From contig NMRA01000054.1 in the NCBI GenBank assembly GCA_002633005.1, positions 438,952 through 502,951 on the forward strand: DNA of 64,000 nt, written 5' to 3'. The notes beneath the pieces were generated by a model. That model made no database searches and had not been told where the DNA came from. It saw only the letters and a list, made by a program, of their open reading frames with translations. The first letter of the stretch is position 1, and each line of letters starts with the position of its first letter. A program made the position numbers and the translations under genes. Shown here piece by piece: positions 1 to 12,518 of the stretch. The stretch comes from Phoronis australis (taxonomy: Eukaryota > Animalia > Phoronida).

Positions 1-5
1 GGGCA

Positions 6-256
6 NNNNNNNNNNNNNNNNNNNNNNNNNNNNNNNNNNNNNNNNNNNNNNNNNNNNNNNNNNNNNNNNNNNNNNNNNNNNNNNNNNNNNNNNNNNNNNN
101 NNNNNNNNNNNNNNNNNNNNNNNNNNNNNNNNNNNNNNNNNNNNNNNNNNNNNNNNNNNNNNNNNNNNNNNNNNNNNNNNNNNNNNNNNNNNNNNNNNNN
201 NNNNNNNNNNNNNNNNNNNNNNNNNNNNNNNNNNNNNNNNNNNNNNNNNNNNNNNN
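6..256. other. Assembly gap (251 N)
   Basis: Run of N; a further single N sits at 17527 in a CCCT tract. Confidence 0.99.
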
Positions 257-382
257 TTTTTTAGTCCTTCCGATTTTTGTCGCGGAAAGGTTCACATTGA
301 CCATTTCAAAGGCTGGTTATCGGGCATGATTTGGGCCGTAAAAGTTTCCGCGTTTTTTGTCATTGGTCATTCCAAGCCCTGT
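257..382. mobile_element. Probable right end of a hAT-like MITE abutting the gap
   Basis: CpG-richer segment ending TCCAAGCCCTG (= CAGGGCTTGGA on minus), a hAT-type terminus; any partner end is lost in the gap. Confidence 0.3.
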
Positions 383-3300
383 CAAATACCTTGCAAGCCA
401 ACTTTTGAATTTCCTGCCAAATCGATATGTCACTCTGTGACTGAAATGGTTATTAAATGGTCATATGTCTAGAAAAATCATAAGTGAGGGATAAATAACA
501 TTATTCTCTGTAGTTATCCAGGAAAGCTCATCATTGTATCAGCTCTATTGGGCAGATGCTTAACAAATGAAGAATGATTATTTGTTTGTCCTTGTGAAGT
601 CATGGCATTTACAATGGCACTTCTGGTGAGAGGCCTTTGTTGTCACAGCTGTGAAAAATGGTCTCAGTTCACCAGGGCAGATCGGACAAAATTATGTTAA
701 AATCTCACCCATTTCGGACAAAACTGATTGCCAAAATTGATTTTTTAATTTTTCAAAGACATCTGTGAATTTACATATTTTTTTTTTAAATATTGTCCAT
801 TAGTAGCTATGGTTACAGAGTTTGAACATGGGAACATGTTGTATATTTGTTATGATAAAAGTAAGAATATAAGATTTCACTTGTCTTACAGTAGTGGTTA
901 TCCGAGTAATTAAGCCCTTGGGGAGTTTTGGGTATAATATTGTGTTACCTCCGTTTTATTTGGCACTGAAATAACTCCTGTGAATGATTGTGACTATAAA
1001 AGGTTCAAAAAAAGCTTACTTTTCTATATTTGAATGTACCCTTAGATTTAAATTGTTAAATGCAATTTTACATTTTATAAAATATTGTGCATAGAGCCAT
1101 CACGATTAACACCTGGTCTGATGATGTGTCCAGTGCTGCAATATGTTCACTGCGGAGTCCTTAGTGTCAGGCTTGAAGTAACGTTTTAAAATGGCAATAT
1201 AACTGGTTAATTGAACTACATGTTTTTACTAAGTGATCCATGATAGTTTATACCTAGCTATTGCAGCTTTGGTTGTTTCATTTAATTCATGTCATTATTG
1301 GAATTGATTGTCAGACTGAGTTAGGACCTGTGAAATATCATTTAATCGGACTCTTTACTTTGTTTCATTAACAAATCAAACCAACTTTATGTTAGGGCAA
1401 CAGGTATACCTGCATTGTGTCAATAAATTATTTAGCTATTACATAATGAAAAACACCAACATAAACAATTACTATATGGTTGCATAAGCAGATGCAGTTC
1501 TGGAAAAATTTGGTTGGTGAGTTGGTTTTATATTGACAAGGTTCACTGTTCTGTAGAGAAAGTTGGCATCAGCTGACTAGGAAATAATTGATTAACATCA
1601 ATAAGTTTTGAGAACGAAATATTAATCATTTTTGTTTGTCAGTCTGCCAAGAATTAACATTTGTTTTGTTCTTTATATTGTAAACAGCCTCTAGGATACA
1701 GAACAATCAATATGGGCATCACTGTTGATAGGCAATTGTCAGTCACTGGATGGTATGAGGAAGTTCTGCCTGATGTAGCAGCAATACACCTTGTTGGCAC
1801 ATGGTGACTGAGTAGTTACGTGGAAGTTTGATGCAAAAAGATTTCACGCTTTTTATAATTTTTTGCAACCATGATGTCATCAAATCGCCATTGTTGGGAT
1901 GATTGAAGTGATTCACATAAAAATGTTCAATGACTCAAAGTGTTGGTGAATGAAAGAAATTATGTTTTATCCATGTCCACCTACTAGTGGCCATCTTGGA
2001 TACTACTAGGATATTAGTGATGCTCAAGAGTTGTAAGTCAATGTCCCTTATTTATTTGAGTTTAACAATAATCCTTATCTTTACTGTTCAGACAACTCAA
2101 AGGAATTACATTTTTTGGTAAAAGTGATGATGGAAATTGGAATTAAATTATGATACAGAATACTGTTTCTTACGTCAGTTGGTAGGATGTTCCATGTAAC
2201 TGCATGCGATTTAGTAGGTGATTTACTAATGGCTCGACTGTTTACTAAGAAAGAGGTGCTGGAGCATAGACCTGAGGATTTAAATGTTGCGCCATCCAAT
2301 ATTTGTCAAATAGTTTGTTCATGGTTTGTTTACAGTGTTTAGACTTAATATGTGTGACATGAGATGCTCAAATACTTTGGCTGTATTTGAACCTTTGATG
2401 GAACCAGTGATTGTTTTTTATGATACTGTAGAGTGTGCAAACCAAGCAAATGTGATGCACCAGTAAATTATGCCACCATCATAATTAGAACAGAGTAGTG
2501 CACAGGATTTGAATATGCACTCGCTTTGTTTTTATGCAAGTTTCATGCATCTAAACTTTTACTCACCGGGCTCAACATAATATAGCTCAAAGGAGAACTT
2601 ATCTCTTCTTCAGCAGTGCCTGAATGTTGTGTATGTTCTTTGGGGAGGATTTCTAGCCCTCAAGATACAGATTTTATGTTGTGTCAGCCGGTACTGTTCA
2701 ATTAGAGAATCTTGCCTTGAAGTTCATTTTTGCTAAGGAAGCAAGAGGATATAAGTCTAACGGCAATTCATCATGTTTGCCCGTAGGGTCGATTTGTGTT
2801 TAATGTCTCGAGACTTGTATTTGGCATCATGCTGGTAATTTTCAGGACAAGTTACACGCACCTTATTAGCCATGGTACATTATGGTTCATTGCGCACTCT
2901 GCATCAAAATGCCATAAGCTATTGTTAAGCTGTGCTTAGCTTATCTGGACAGGGTAATTGGTTTCTGTTGAGATGAATATATTAAAAACATTACATGCTC
3001 CAATGCCACTTCTCCATAAATTTGTGATCGCACTAAAACTTCCAAAATCAAAAAGTCTGAGGTATGGTTTTGCATGAATTTCCTCCAGGATTCAAAAGAA
3101 CAGGGATAAATAGATCCACCAGTACTGGCAGGTGAATGCTATGTGCATGACATAATAAAACATCATGGATTTCGGGGAAGTTAAGTTAAGAATTTACACG
3201 AGCTGACACGGGGCGGCTAACAAGGAACGGCTGATTGGGTGCAAGTGTGAGTGTAAACACAACTGACATGGTGTAAGTGACACGGCGGTGGCCAGTTTTT

Positions 3301-4282
3301 GACGCAGGTTTGATAGGTAGAGGGAGTAGCACTCGATTGGTTGCTCCAGTTTCAACTACGTATATTAATAGTCTGAACACAACTGGGGTCGGACTAGCGC
3401 AGTTGCGTATAATCGGGTGATCAGTAGCATTCCATGTGTTGGACATTGGCTGTATATTGTTTATGCGAGCATGTGCAGACAGTCTTTGTGCAAGTGACTC
3501 ATGCTGATCCAGTTTGTCATCTAATGTTGTGTAAGTGCGACTAAAGTAGACCAAGTCTCGCCGTGACAACTGACACGTTGCAATTGTCTCTCATGTGAAA
3601 GGGGCTTAAGGGTTATGCCATCTAGATTGAATTGACCACGTAAATCATACATGCCCAAAGTTATATTAACTGTGAGAATATTTTTTTCTTCATAAGACCT
3701 TTCGGTTATCATGTCAACAAACGTACTGTGTCATTAAATTTTCCGATTCAGCAAAAACACTGCCGGATACGTCGCAGCTATTCAGGCGAATGCCTTCACC
3801 ATTGTTTGCACATGAGTACGGTAACATTAGAATGCAGAGGATATGAATGTGCAGGTTTTTCCTAACTATTGCCTCATTTGTAAAGTGTGGTAAGATTGTA
3901 TCCCTGTGTGTTTCAGCTTGTCCATCATATTATTGGTGCCAGACAAGTGTTTTGTATGTGACATGTCATTAATGTGGTAAACTGTGTCTGTCTGTACAAA
4001 CGTGCAACTTTTATGATGAATAATAAAGGCTGCTGACCGGAGTAATCGTTTTAACTACTGAAAAATAAATTGCTCGTTTTTGAATTTCTGGCACTGTATA
4101 ATCAAAGTTATTTACATAATTTAGTGCAACAATAACAATGAAGTATTTCTAAACATGAATGGTCATCGTAGCCTCAGGTAGGGTACTCTATAAAGTCATA
4201 AGTAGTCACATCACATGACCCAGTAGTTAGTCTGAAAAGATTGCTGATGTAACCGGGGATGTAAAGTCCTTCAGGACACAGA

Positions 4283-4360
4283 ATTATTATTGTTGTTATT
4301 ATTATTATTATTATTATTGTTGTTGTTGTTGTTGTTAGTATTATTATTGTTATCATTACT
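4283..4360. repeat. Compound (ATT/GTT)n microsatellite
   Basis: Directly visible; explains the poly-I/T ORF 4174-4356. Confidence 0.95.
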
Positions 4361-4780
4361 ATATACTGTATTTAAGGAGGATACATTACAAACAAACAGC
4401 ACATGCTTAGCAAGTGCTGATATTCAGCATGGTCCTCAATAATTTAATAAATAAGGAAATTAAACAAATAAATACATTGAAATAATTAAAACATAGATAA
4501 TTAAATTTTTTGAAAGATTAATAATTTTAACCAAAGCAAACAAAATGGAAGACAGAAAATGAGAGGGGGCAGCCAAAGTAGCCAAATTAATCACAGAGGA
4601 ACTTTATTAGTTCACGTTTGAAGCCACTGTAGCTGCGCACTTCCTGTATCACATCAGGCAATGGGTTCCATTCTTGTACAGCCTTTTAAAAAATGATCCA
4701 TAGAATGATGTCTTGTGCCCTGGTGCACCAAAATTATTGTGAGACAAGAATTTGGTATTGATCTTGTGAACAGGAACAAT
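4283..4780 (-). mobile_element. 3' remnant of an L2/CR1-clade (Crack-like) LINE with (AAT)n tail
   Basis: Minus strand 4600-4780 reads, with one frameshift, VHKINTK..PGHKTSFYGSFF/AVQEWNPLPDVIQEVRSYSGFKRELIK, matching the HxxNTR...SF..WNxLP..S..FK..L C-terminus of CR1/L2 ORF2. A GAGGA..TCCTC-bounded 3' UTR and an (AAT/AAC)n tail follow. Confidence 0.7.
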
Positions 4781-4904
4781 GTGTGATTGGATTTCTGTGG
4801 TTGGCTACTGGTTCCGCTTGCTCCGTAGACAAAAGTGGATACTTGGAATGTTTAAACTCCCCCCCCCCCCCTTCATGGCTGCAATCTTTTCACCCTTGTA
4901 ATTA

Positions 4905-4980
4905 CTAGGTCACATGATGCGACGGCACATGACTCTCTAGGTCACATGATGCAATGGCACATGACTCTGTAGGTTACATA
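4905..4980. repeat. 32-bp tandem repeat, about 2.4 copies
   Basis: CTAGGTCACATGATGC(G/A)A(C/T)GGCACATGACTCT at 4905 and 4937, partial copy at 4969. Confidence 0.85.
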
Positions 4981-5416
4981 CTCTGTGCAGTCAATGAGGT
5001 ACATCGTGACCGTGATGTGACCTGAGGTCATGCAACTGCACGTGCTGTAAACATCCCCTCAAATAAGGATCAATTTGGAGAACAGGTTCAAGCTATAATC
5101 TTAAGTCTCATTAGGGGGGCTAGTCATCAATAGAGTGATTCTAGTCACTAGGTAACAGAATTGGGGTAATTACTGAACAGAATTAGGATAATTACTGTTT
5201 CTTATCAAAGCATAACAAAATACAAAGCTTGAAAGGCTGTCTAGCTTTTCCATTTTCTTTTTGGGACATGAAAACCAATGGCGACCATAATATCTTAATA
5301 GAGGAGTAAAAATTTGAGTATGTGGGTGAAGTAACAAAGATTTTGTCAACAAAAACCTAAGTCTTCAACTATCATTGGAAAGCTGCTTCCAGCATGATTC
5401 AGCCATAAGTTCTGCA

Positions 5417-5923
5417 GGGCCTTTCATACTAACGTCGACGCGTCGATGGTTTGGGGAGTTGCGATCAATATGAACGCTTAACTCCGGTCCTAGATCGCAG
5501 TTAACAGCTCCAGTTAACATCGCAGTTAACAGGTGGATTTAATTGCGCAGCGTCGATGCTGCGGTGCAGTATGAACGCTTAACTTCGGTTCAATCGAAGT
5601 TATTGCCAGGTGCCACTGTTTTTGTCAACAGTTACAAGGTTAAGTGCCGTCGCTAATGGCCGCTTATATTTTGCTCTAATAATAACCGATCGATTTAAAA
5701 ATACGTTTAATGTCACTTAGCACATGTAAATGTTTCCAAATTGAAACATTGAAAAAAATCTTAGCGTGCAACGCTACCTTGAGATAACTTCGATGACGAC
5801 AGCGGCACCAACTGCTTACTTCTATGTTCATTAACTACCGAAGCCAGTATGAATGGTCCAGTTAACTGCGCTGTTTACGTCGACGCTCCGCTCAGTCTGG
5901 AGTTAAATCAATATGAAAGCGCC
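5417..5923. mobile_element. PIF/Harbinger-like MITE, family A copy 1
   Basis: Imperfect TIRs GGGCCTTTCATACT...AATATGAAAGCGCC; aligns end to end with 34121-34582. Confidence 0.75.
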
Positions 5924-8900
5924 TTACGAAATACTGTATCATTAACTCGCAATAGAATGTTGGCCTCAAAGAATGTAGATAAAACCTGTTGTGATGCTGT
6001 CTAACTAAAGGGAAACCAGGCTCTCAGCATGGGCAAATTAATCACAATTTGGACTTAATTTCCAAATAGTTGCACCAGATTGAAATTCACTAACCCACCA
6101 GACAGTGATCAGGTCTTTGTTGGACAGGCATTCAGAGCCACCTACATATCCATATAATGTGGATGGGAGCTTTCAACCAACTGGTATAAACTGTGTTTTA
6201 ACATTAATGCTATTATAAATAAATGCCAGAAAATTTCCACTGTGTGCGGTGAGATGTTGCAGAAAAATCAAACCTTTTGAAATACCAATTGATGAGCGAG
6301 GACGTCGAAGATATATCTGTGGTGGCTGCCGCTGGTAACGTGGGAGAGTTTCGATCCCATCTAGTGTCAAAAAGCTAAAATAAATTTGTGAACTAATCAA
6401 ACAATTGGAGGAGCTGACAGTGGAATTTATTCCTCTGCGTTTATAATTAGGAACCATTATGTAGTTAAACTGAATTTCTGTCCACCAAATCTGAGTTGGG
6501 ATCAATCAGAAGTCACTTTCGTTCTCTCATTACTCTAGAGAGCACCAACATGAAAAGTGCGCCAGTAGGCGTGGTGTGTTTCATGATGGTGATTAAGTGA
6601 TAAGGTAGATATTACTTTTACCATACTAAGGTGTGTAACCATAGATGTAAGACCTGTGGCAGCAGTATCCACTGCATTGGTTGGCTGACATTTGCTGAAA
6701 ACTTGCTGAAACATAGTGATGTACAGTATGATGCATTTTCAAATGTTGTAGAAAACTAAAAACGTGACAAAAATTTTCTGTTTCCAAAATACGATTTTGT
6801 CTATAACATTTTTATATGTCAGTAGTATGATACAAGTACAACCACCGCCTTCAAGTGGCAACCAGTATCTGCCACTTCCTGTGAGATGCACTGCGCTTGT
6901 AACGGCGAAGGCATATTAATGGTTCTGGCTAATAGCATGTATTGATTGGCTACCGCTTTACTAGGAAAAAACAAATTTGCACACTGTCCTGGCACTATCA
7001 AAGTTTGAGTGGCTTGTTTTGCAAAGTCCTAGGTTTCTCAGAGTAATCAATCTTGTTCTCATTGGCAGTAAGCCATACCTTTTACCAATAGTAAACTTTG
7101 TTCGAAGCAAGTGAGATAGATACAAGGCTATTACTAATGCTGATATCGTAATTTCAAATTCAACGCTCTCCCTTGTAAGCATAATCATTGCAAATTGGTT
7201 ATCAAACGTCTTTGTTTTTGTGTTGTTATTGCAAAGATTTCAGATATACCCCCGGAGAATCTTATGGAAAAAAGTGATGTTTTTACCATCTTCAATGCCA
7301 TCTTACAGTCACGGTCTTTAGCAGCTATTGTTTATTTTGTCAGTAGTTTGCATACTGAAGGAAAAATCCACAAAGCTATCATTAACACATCATGTGTACG
7401 ATCTGACACTGTGCGACAAAAAACATTTCATTTGCAATCTCTCAAAAGAATTTTTCTGTTGTTAAAACATTTCTGCAACAAAGATGAGGACCACCCAACA
7501 TTGAATAGAACAAAAAGTATGATTTGCTCACTTCGCACTACATATGAGAAAACAAAGTGTCACATGACTGATATGACTGGCAATTCACTTTCAAGGTAAA
7601 TAAGGCCAAGATGTGGTTCTTAACACTGCTAGAAAAGAATGGTTCTTGTCGAAATAGCAGCAGAGAATGGGAGTCTATGGCTTACTGTAGTCTCAGTAGT
7701 ATCATTTCAACAAAGCAGCTGGTATCACATTGCAGTCGCATAGAACGCTGACAGAAAATAATGTCCCTGGCGATAACTGTAACTCCTGGTCATATATACG
7801 TCTGAGACTTGAAGTTGATCCGGTTTCCGCATTCAAAAAAGCTCCTTATTTATTTTGAAAGTTATTTACGTCACGTAAATTAGGAGTGGCTACTAGGTCC
7901 GAGCAGTAGTTCCTGTTAAGTAGAGGATGGGCATTGAGCCGAGCAGTGGGCCCTTAATCCGAAAATTATAAGAAGTAGGAGGGTATGGGTGCTTATGTGG
8001 GTATTGGTATGAGTGTGGGTGTTTGTTCTGAAATATTTTTTAGACCTTTCTAACCATCACAGAGGTTTGGGTTTGGGCCTTAAGGGGAAACAAAAAGAAT
8101 GACTTGATAATCTTTATCTATTTTATGGTTCTTCTAAATGTCATAAGTTGAAACATAAATGCCATTCAAGCAATAATGTCCCCCGTGTCGGGCAGGTAAA
8201 TGATCCCGTGGTTGCTTTTTCGAACCTTGTTTGCGTTACCCCGCTAAGCTATTGTTTGCTGTAAGGTTTTTTCTGGTTCCCAAAACAATCTGCGTGAAGT
8301 TGCATTTTACGTTTGGATGGTTCATTAACAGCTTTTGGTGTATTGTTTTCTCAAGGGAATAATTAATGATGAAATTACAAAAACTGCTTCATCTGTTCAT
8401 ATTTGCAATTACTTTCGTCTGAGTTTGCAATAAACTTAATATGACGCAAACAGTTTGTTGAAGAACAAATGCTCTTCTGAGGTTTTGTTTACCTAGAAGA
8501 AAAAGTAGGGAAATAAATAGGAAGCCATGTATTGTTAAATATATCGAGAAATTCGATCTGCTTGAAAGCCGCAAAGTTCAATGGTAATGAAGACTGAGGG
8601 TAGAAAAACAATTGAGCTGGCTGATGCTGCGAGTTACATGACGTTCAGATGTATTGGTTTTAAAGATTTTACTCTGAGATTTGGGGATCAAAACAGGGGT
8701 AGCGATCTCTTGGCGATGTCTTGGGACTGAATTGTTTCTGCACCCCTCCTAATATGCATTGTGAATAACCAAGAGGTTTGAAAAGGTCTAATTATACCAG
8801 GTGTATAAATGAGCAGATGCCACTAGGTGTTACAAGACACAGTTGTCAACTTGCTAGTTAGTCTTAACTGCATATATTCAGGCACCAATTTTTTGTATTG

Positions 8901-8928
8901 ACTTAATAAAGAAATCTGGGGCCACGTG

Positions 8929-9085
8929 CAGTGGTGGATTTAAGGTGGGCCAAGGGAGCTTCCCCCACCCTAAAATTCTCCAAGATTTCATGTGGCAGTT
9001 CGGGTTTGTAAATGTTTGATGGACACCATCCTGGCTAATACTCTGTTCAGCCTCCCTCAACTCAAAATCCTGGATCCGCCCCCTG
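8929..9085. mobile_element. Short hAT-like MITE (CAGGGGCGGATCC-type ends)
   Basis: CAGTGGTGGATTTAAGG...CCTGGATCCGCCCCCTG degenerate TIRs; flanks ACGTG/ATGTG may be a 5-bp TSD. Confidence 0.45.
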
Positions 9086-12000
9086 ATGTGCGACCATGAA
9101 GACGATTCGTGCGGAGTCAGACTTGTGTTCTATTTTCATTAAGATTATGCAAACTCAGGAAATTTTGAAATTGGCTGTTCAGTCTGTCGTAGCTTGGAAA
9201 TTGATGATCAGGCTCTATATTGCCACACAGCCTGGTGGATGAAAACTCAAAGTCACTGCACTTGATAAAAAGAAGGGTCAAGATTTAACCACAAACTCAA
9301 TATGTGCATTAAATAGCCATGTAATTGAGTTGGTCTATCCTGCTGACTGGCAATTGTCAGCACAGCTGGAATGTAGGGAGAGGAAACTGTCAAGACTGCA
9401 GACTGACTTTGGTGTTGTCACTTTGCAAAGGTTGTTAATGAAACTTGAAGTAGCCTGACCTGATGACTTTTATGGGAATATCATTTGCATACTGCATTAA
9501 ATTAGTGGTCACGTACATTAGATTAAAACTGTTTTAGCTTCTACATGGCCCTGACGTACATACAAATAGTGATCTAATGCCCTTGTCTCTCACATTCTGA
9601 CAAAGTAATTTGTGATATTTGTTATTAATCAAACTACAAAAATTGAGTCAGAGAAACCAAAATATTTCTTGCTTTCGGCATTAAAGGGGCACTGAACCAG
9701 CGTCTAAACTCAGAAGGGATTTTTGTGTGGGCCACTTACTGCCATCAGTCTCATCTTATTCTATATTCAGATTACTTGTACATATGGTTCATTAAATTAA
9801 AAATGTAGGCCTACTATTGCTTTAATTAGATCAAGCTTACTAATATAGAAACCAAGTAATGTGGGTCATGGTGTTGGGAGATGTCCAGACATTTTATTGA
9901 AGTGAATGCAGTTCAGTCACCGGTTAAGAACGCGATGATATTGGATTATTTAGCTGTTTTAAAATATGAATTTAAGTTTGGTTCAGGTCTTAAAATTTGT
10001 GCTGATGGTCAAATTACCACAGGCTGCAAATTTGATTGAAAATATATTGAATTACAAAACTATTGAATCTGTCTCAAGACTTAAATGACAGTTCATGTTC
10101 CACTTAAGCTTATTGAGATCTCAGGATTGCAAATACTTGGTGATTATCGTGGTAACTGAAAGTTCAGCCTCCATATTGTTGTGCGTATCAGTGTAGTAAT
10201 TAATAAGAGTGATTTGAACAGGTTTAGTTTTTAGTAACTTGATCCTACCACTTAAGTCTTGTTATGAAAGTATGTTTCATGTCAATACAAAACAACACAG
10301 GCATATAATAGCAATTCATCACTGTAGCCTTGGCGCCTGTTTATTCAAACATCGTTTGTCCTGTCTTACCTAAGATGATCTTAGTTTTTACTTTGTGCAC
10401 AATTCATCAATCTGTCTCGGTGTTAAAGGTGTATTTGCACGCTCCTAACTATGCTAATGTAAAGCACGAAATAAATGACAATGCTGTTTGAACATCATCT
10501 ACTCTAAACAAAGTGCAGTTGTCTTTGTATTCATTGGCAACTTGTAAATGTGAAAACAAAAAATGCTGCAAATACCTGGTGACCTTTGCAGTAATGACGT
10601 ACCTTGGGAGCTCACATAACCCGCATCATGCAGTGTTATTCCCCAACACCACGACACGATACTTACTAGACACGGTTGAGTGATTTACGGTGGATCATTT
10701 TCGACACAAAACTCGTTCTTAAAAACATTTGGCAATTTTCAACCTACTTCATATTCACATCGTTGTTGTATGTTGTGATTCTAACTAATTTGACCAAGCA
10801 GTCACAGAGATAAGGCATTAGCCTGCAAGTTCTACTTTAGTTTAATGACTTGAGAACATCATATCTCTGAATGGCTTATTGCATTCATATCAAACTTTCA
10901 GACACTGTGCTTCGTGTGATGTTCTCAAAAACTCATTTAGGGATTGTTTTTAAAATGTTCCAGTTTTGTATGAGGGGCTATCAAAAAATAGGGCTTTTAT
11001 GGTTTTTATGGAAAAACTCAGAAATTGCATAAAACAGAAACGGGATTTTAACAAAATGTACCAACATTTTTGAGATGGCAATTCTTGAACATTTATATCA
11101 AGTGAAATGTGGTCACATTGTTGATGTGAGTGCTTTGCTATCAGTGTACCTCTCTTTTTGCTCTATTTTAATTGAAAGAGATATGGTCATGTGACCTGAT
11201 TTATGGCAAATTGGTTTTGAGTCATAAATGGATTTTTTAAAGTCATTTTGCTTAATACACAGAGTTGTGGTTATTTAGATCTTATATAACCTTAAAATAG
11301 TGAAAAATGTGAAAAATTATCAATTGCAAGACTTCGTACTAGAAAATAGCTACGGGTGTCTCGGAGAATAGTGTATCAAGCGTACTATTTTCACTTAAAA
11401 GTGAACAAATTCTTTAAGTGGCCTCCCACATAGCATGTACAAGATTTTGGTGAACATGAACTTTTGACACATAAAACTATAAGCTCGTAAAGTTAGACTA
11501 CTATTAGCTAATAAAAAGTGTGGCTTTAAGTGTTCTCCTTACTAACACTTGAGCAAGGTACTCGTGGAGCGAGTTGTCACTATGTTTAGCAGTGTAAACG
11601 CTATTTGTGCTGGGGGAGCTTGAAAAACGTGTGATAATTTACCTTACCTTAGCGAGGTAGAGTAACTTTTTCTTGGGAACTTGCCCCAGCGCAGGTCCTA
11701 CTGTGGATGCAAACCTGCAGACAAGACAGAAATAATTATCTGCTGTGCAATTGGTCTGTTACACTCATAGTGGTGTCTAATCATTTTTTCTCTATAGTTG
11801 TTGCATGGTGTATGATGTGCAGTGTAGACCTCAGCTGAATGAGGCAATTTGCGCTAGGACAGGTCGTTATGGGATTACGCGTAGTGTGCACCCGACTTTA
11901 TTATCTGATTATCAGCATCTATTACCATTACTAGTTTCATGGCTACTGTATACTCGTGTCCAAGCATTATCTGTCTGTTTCTCATTTCTCATCTTCACTG

Positions 12001-12318
12001 CTGGTTATGTTTTGTGTGTAGGCATTAGTTCTATATTAAGCGCGGTGGTTATGAAACATGCTATGTTTAGTTTAGCTGAGTTAGCCGCCTATGGTCCTCT
12101 GTAATGATGCTAACCTAATGATGCCTCTCATTTAGTGTTGTTTTCCACGACTTATTTAAAGGCTCCGTTACAACCTAATTGAAAAAAACATCGCATTTGC
12201 TCAAAATGTCTAATTACAGCGTATTATCCAGCATTGCTTCATTAAGACATTAAAAGTGTTCACACAACACTTTTTTCGTAAGACTTCTTTGACACCATTA
12301 TACTTGTGTTTTTTTTAG

Positions 12319-12518
12319 GATGAATGGCGCTTCCTGTTGGCTGGTGGAACACACAGGCCCAAGGACTTGCCAAACCCGTCTCCCGATTGGTTGTCGGAAA
12401 GGTCCTGGGGTAGTATCCTGTCCATGGCGGCCTTGCCAAAGTTTGAAAAGTTTGTTGAAGACTTTCCAAACCACTTGAAGGGATTCAAAAAGATATTTGA
12501 CAGCCCAGATCCTCACAG
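12319..12518 (+). CDS. DNAH1: DNAH1 exon ([10 protein letters not shown]...DSPDPHR)
   Basis: tttttag|GAT ... CACAG|gtaaca. Confidence 0.92.

Noticed and set aside
1119-1180. CTGATGA, possible hammerhead ribozyme core or C/D snoRNA C box
   Set aside because: No stem II followed by GAAA, and no convincingly placed D box with a terminal stem.
3186-3569. 127-aa minus-strand ORF
   Set aside because: No recognisable domain or splice context; likely a by-product of locally higher GC.
6173-7599. ORFs 6173-6505 (-) and 7195-7599 (+) as a nested gene in the large intron
   Set aside because: Non-ATG starts, no recognisable motifs, and no consistent multi-exon chain could be built.
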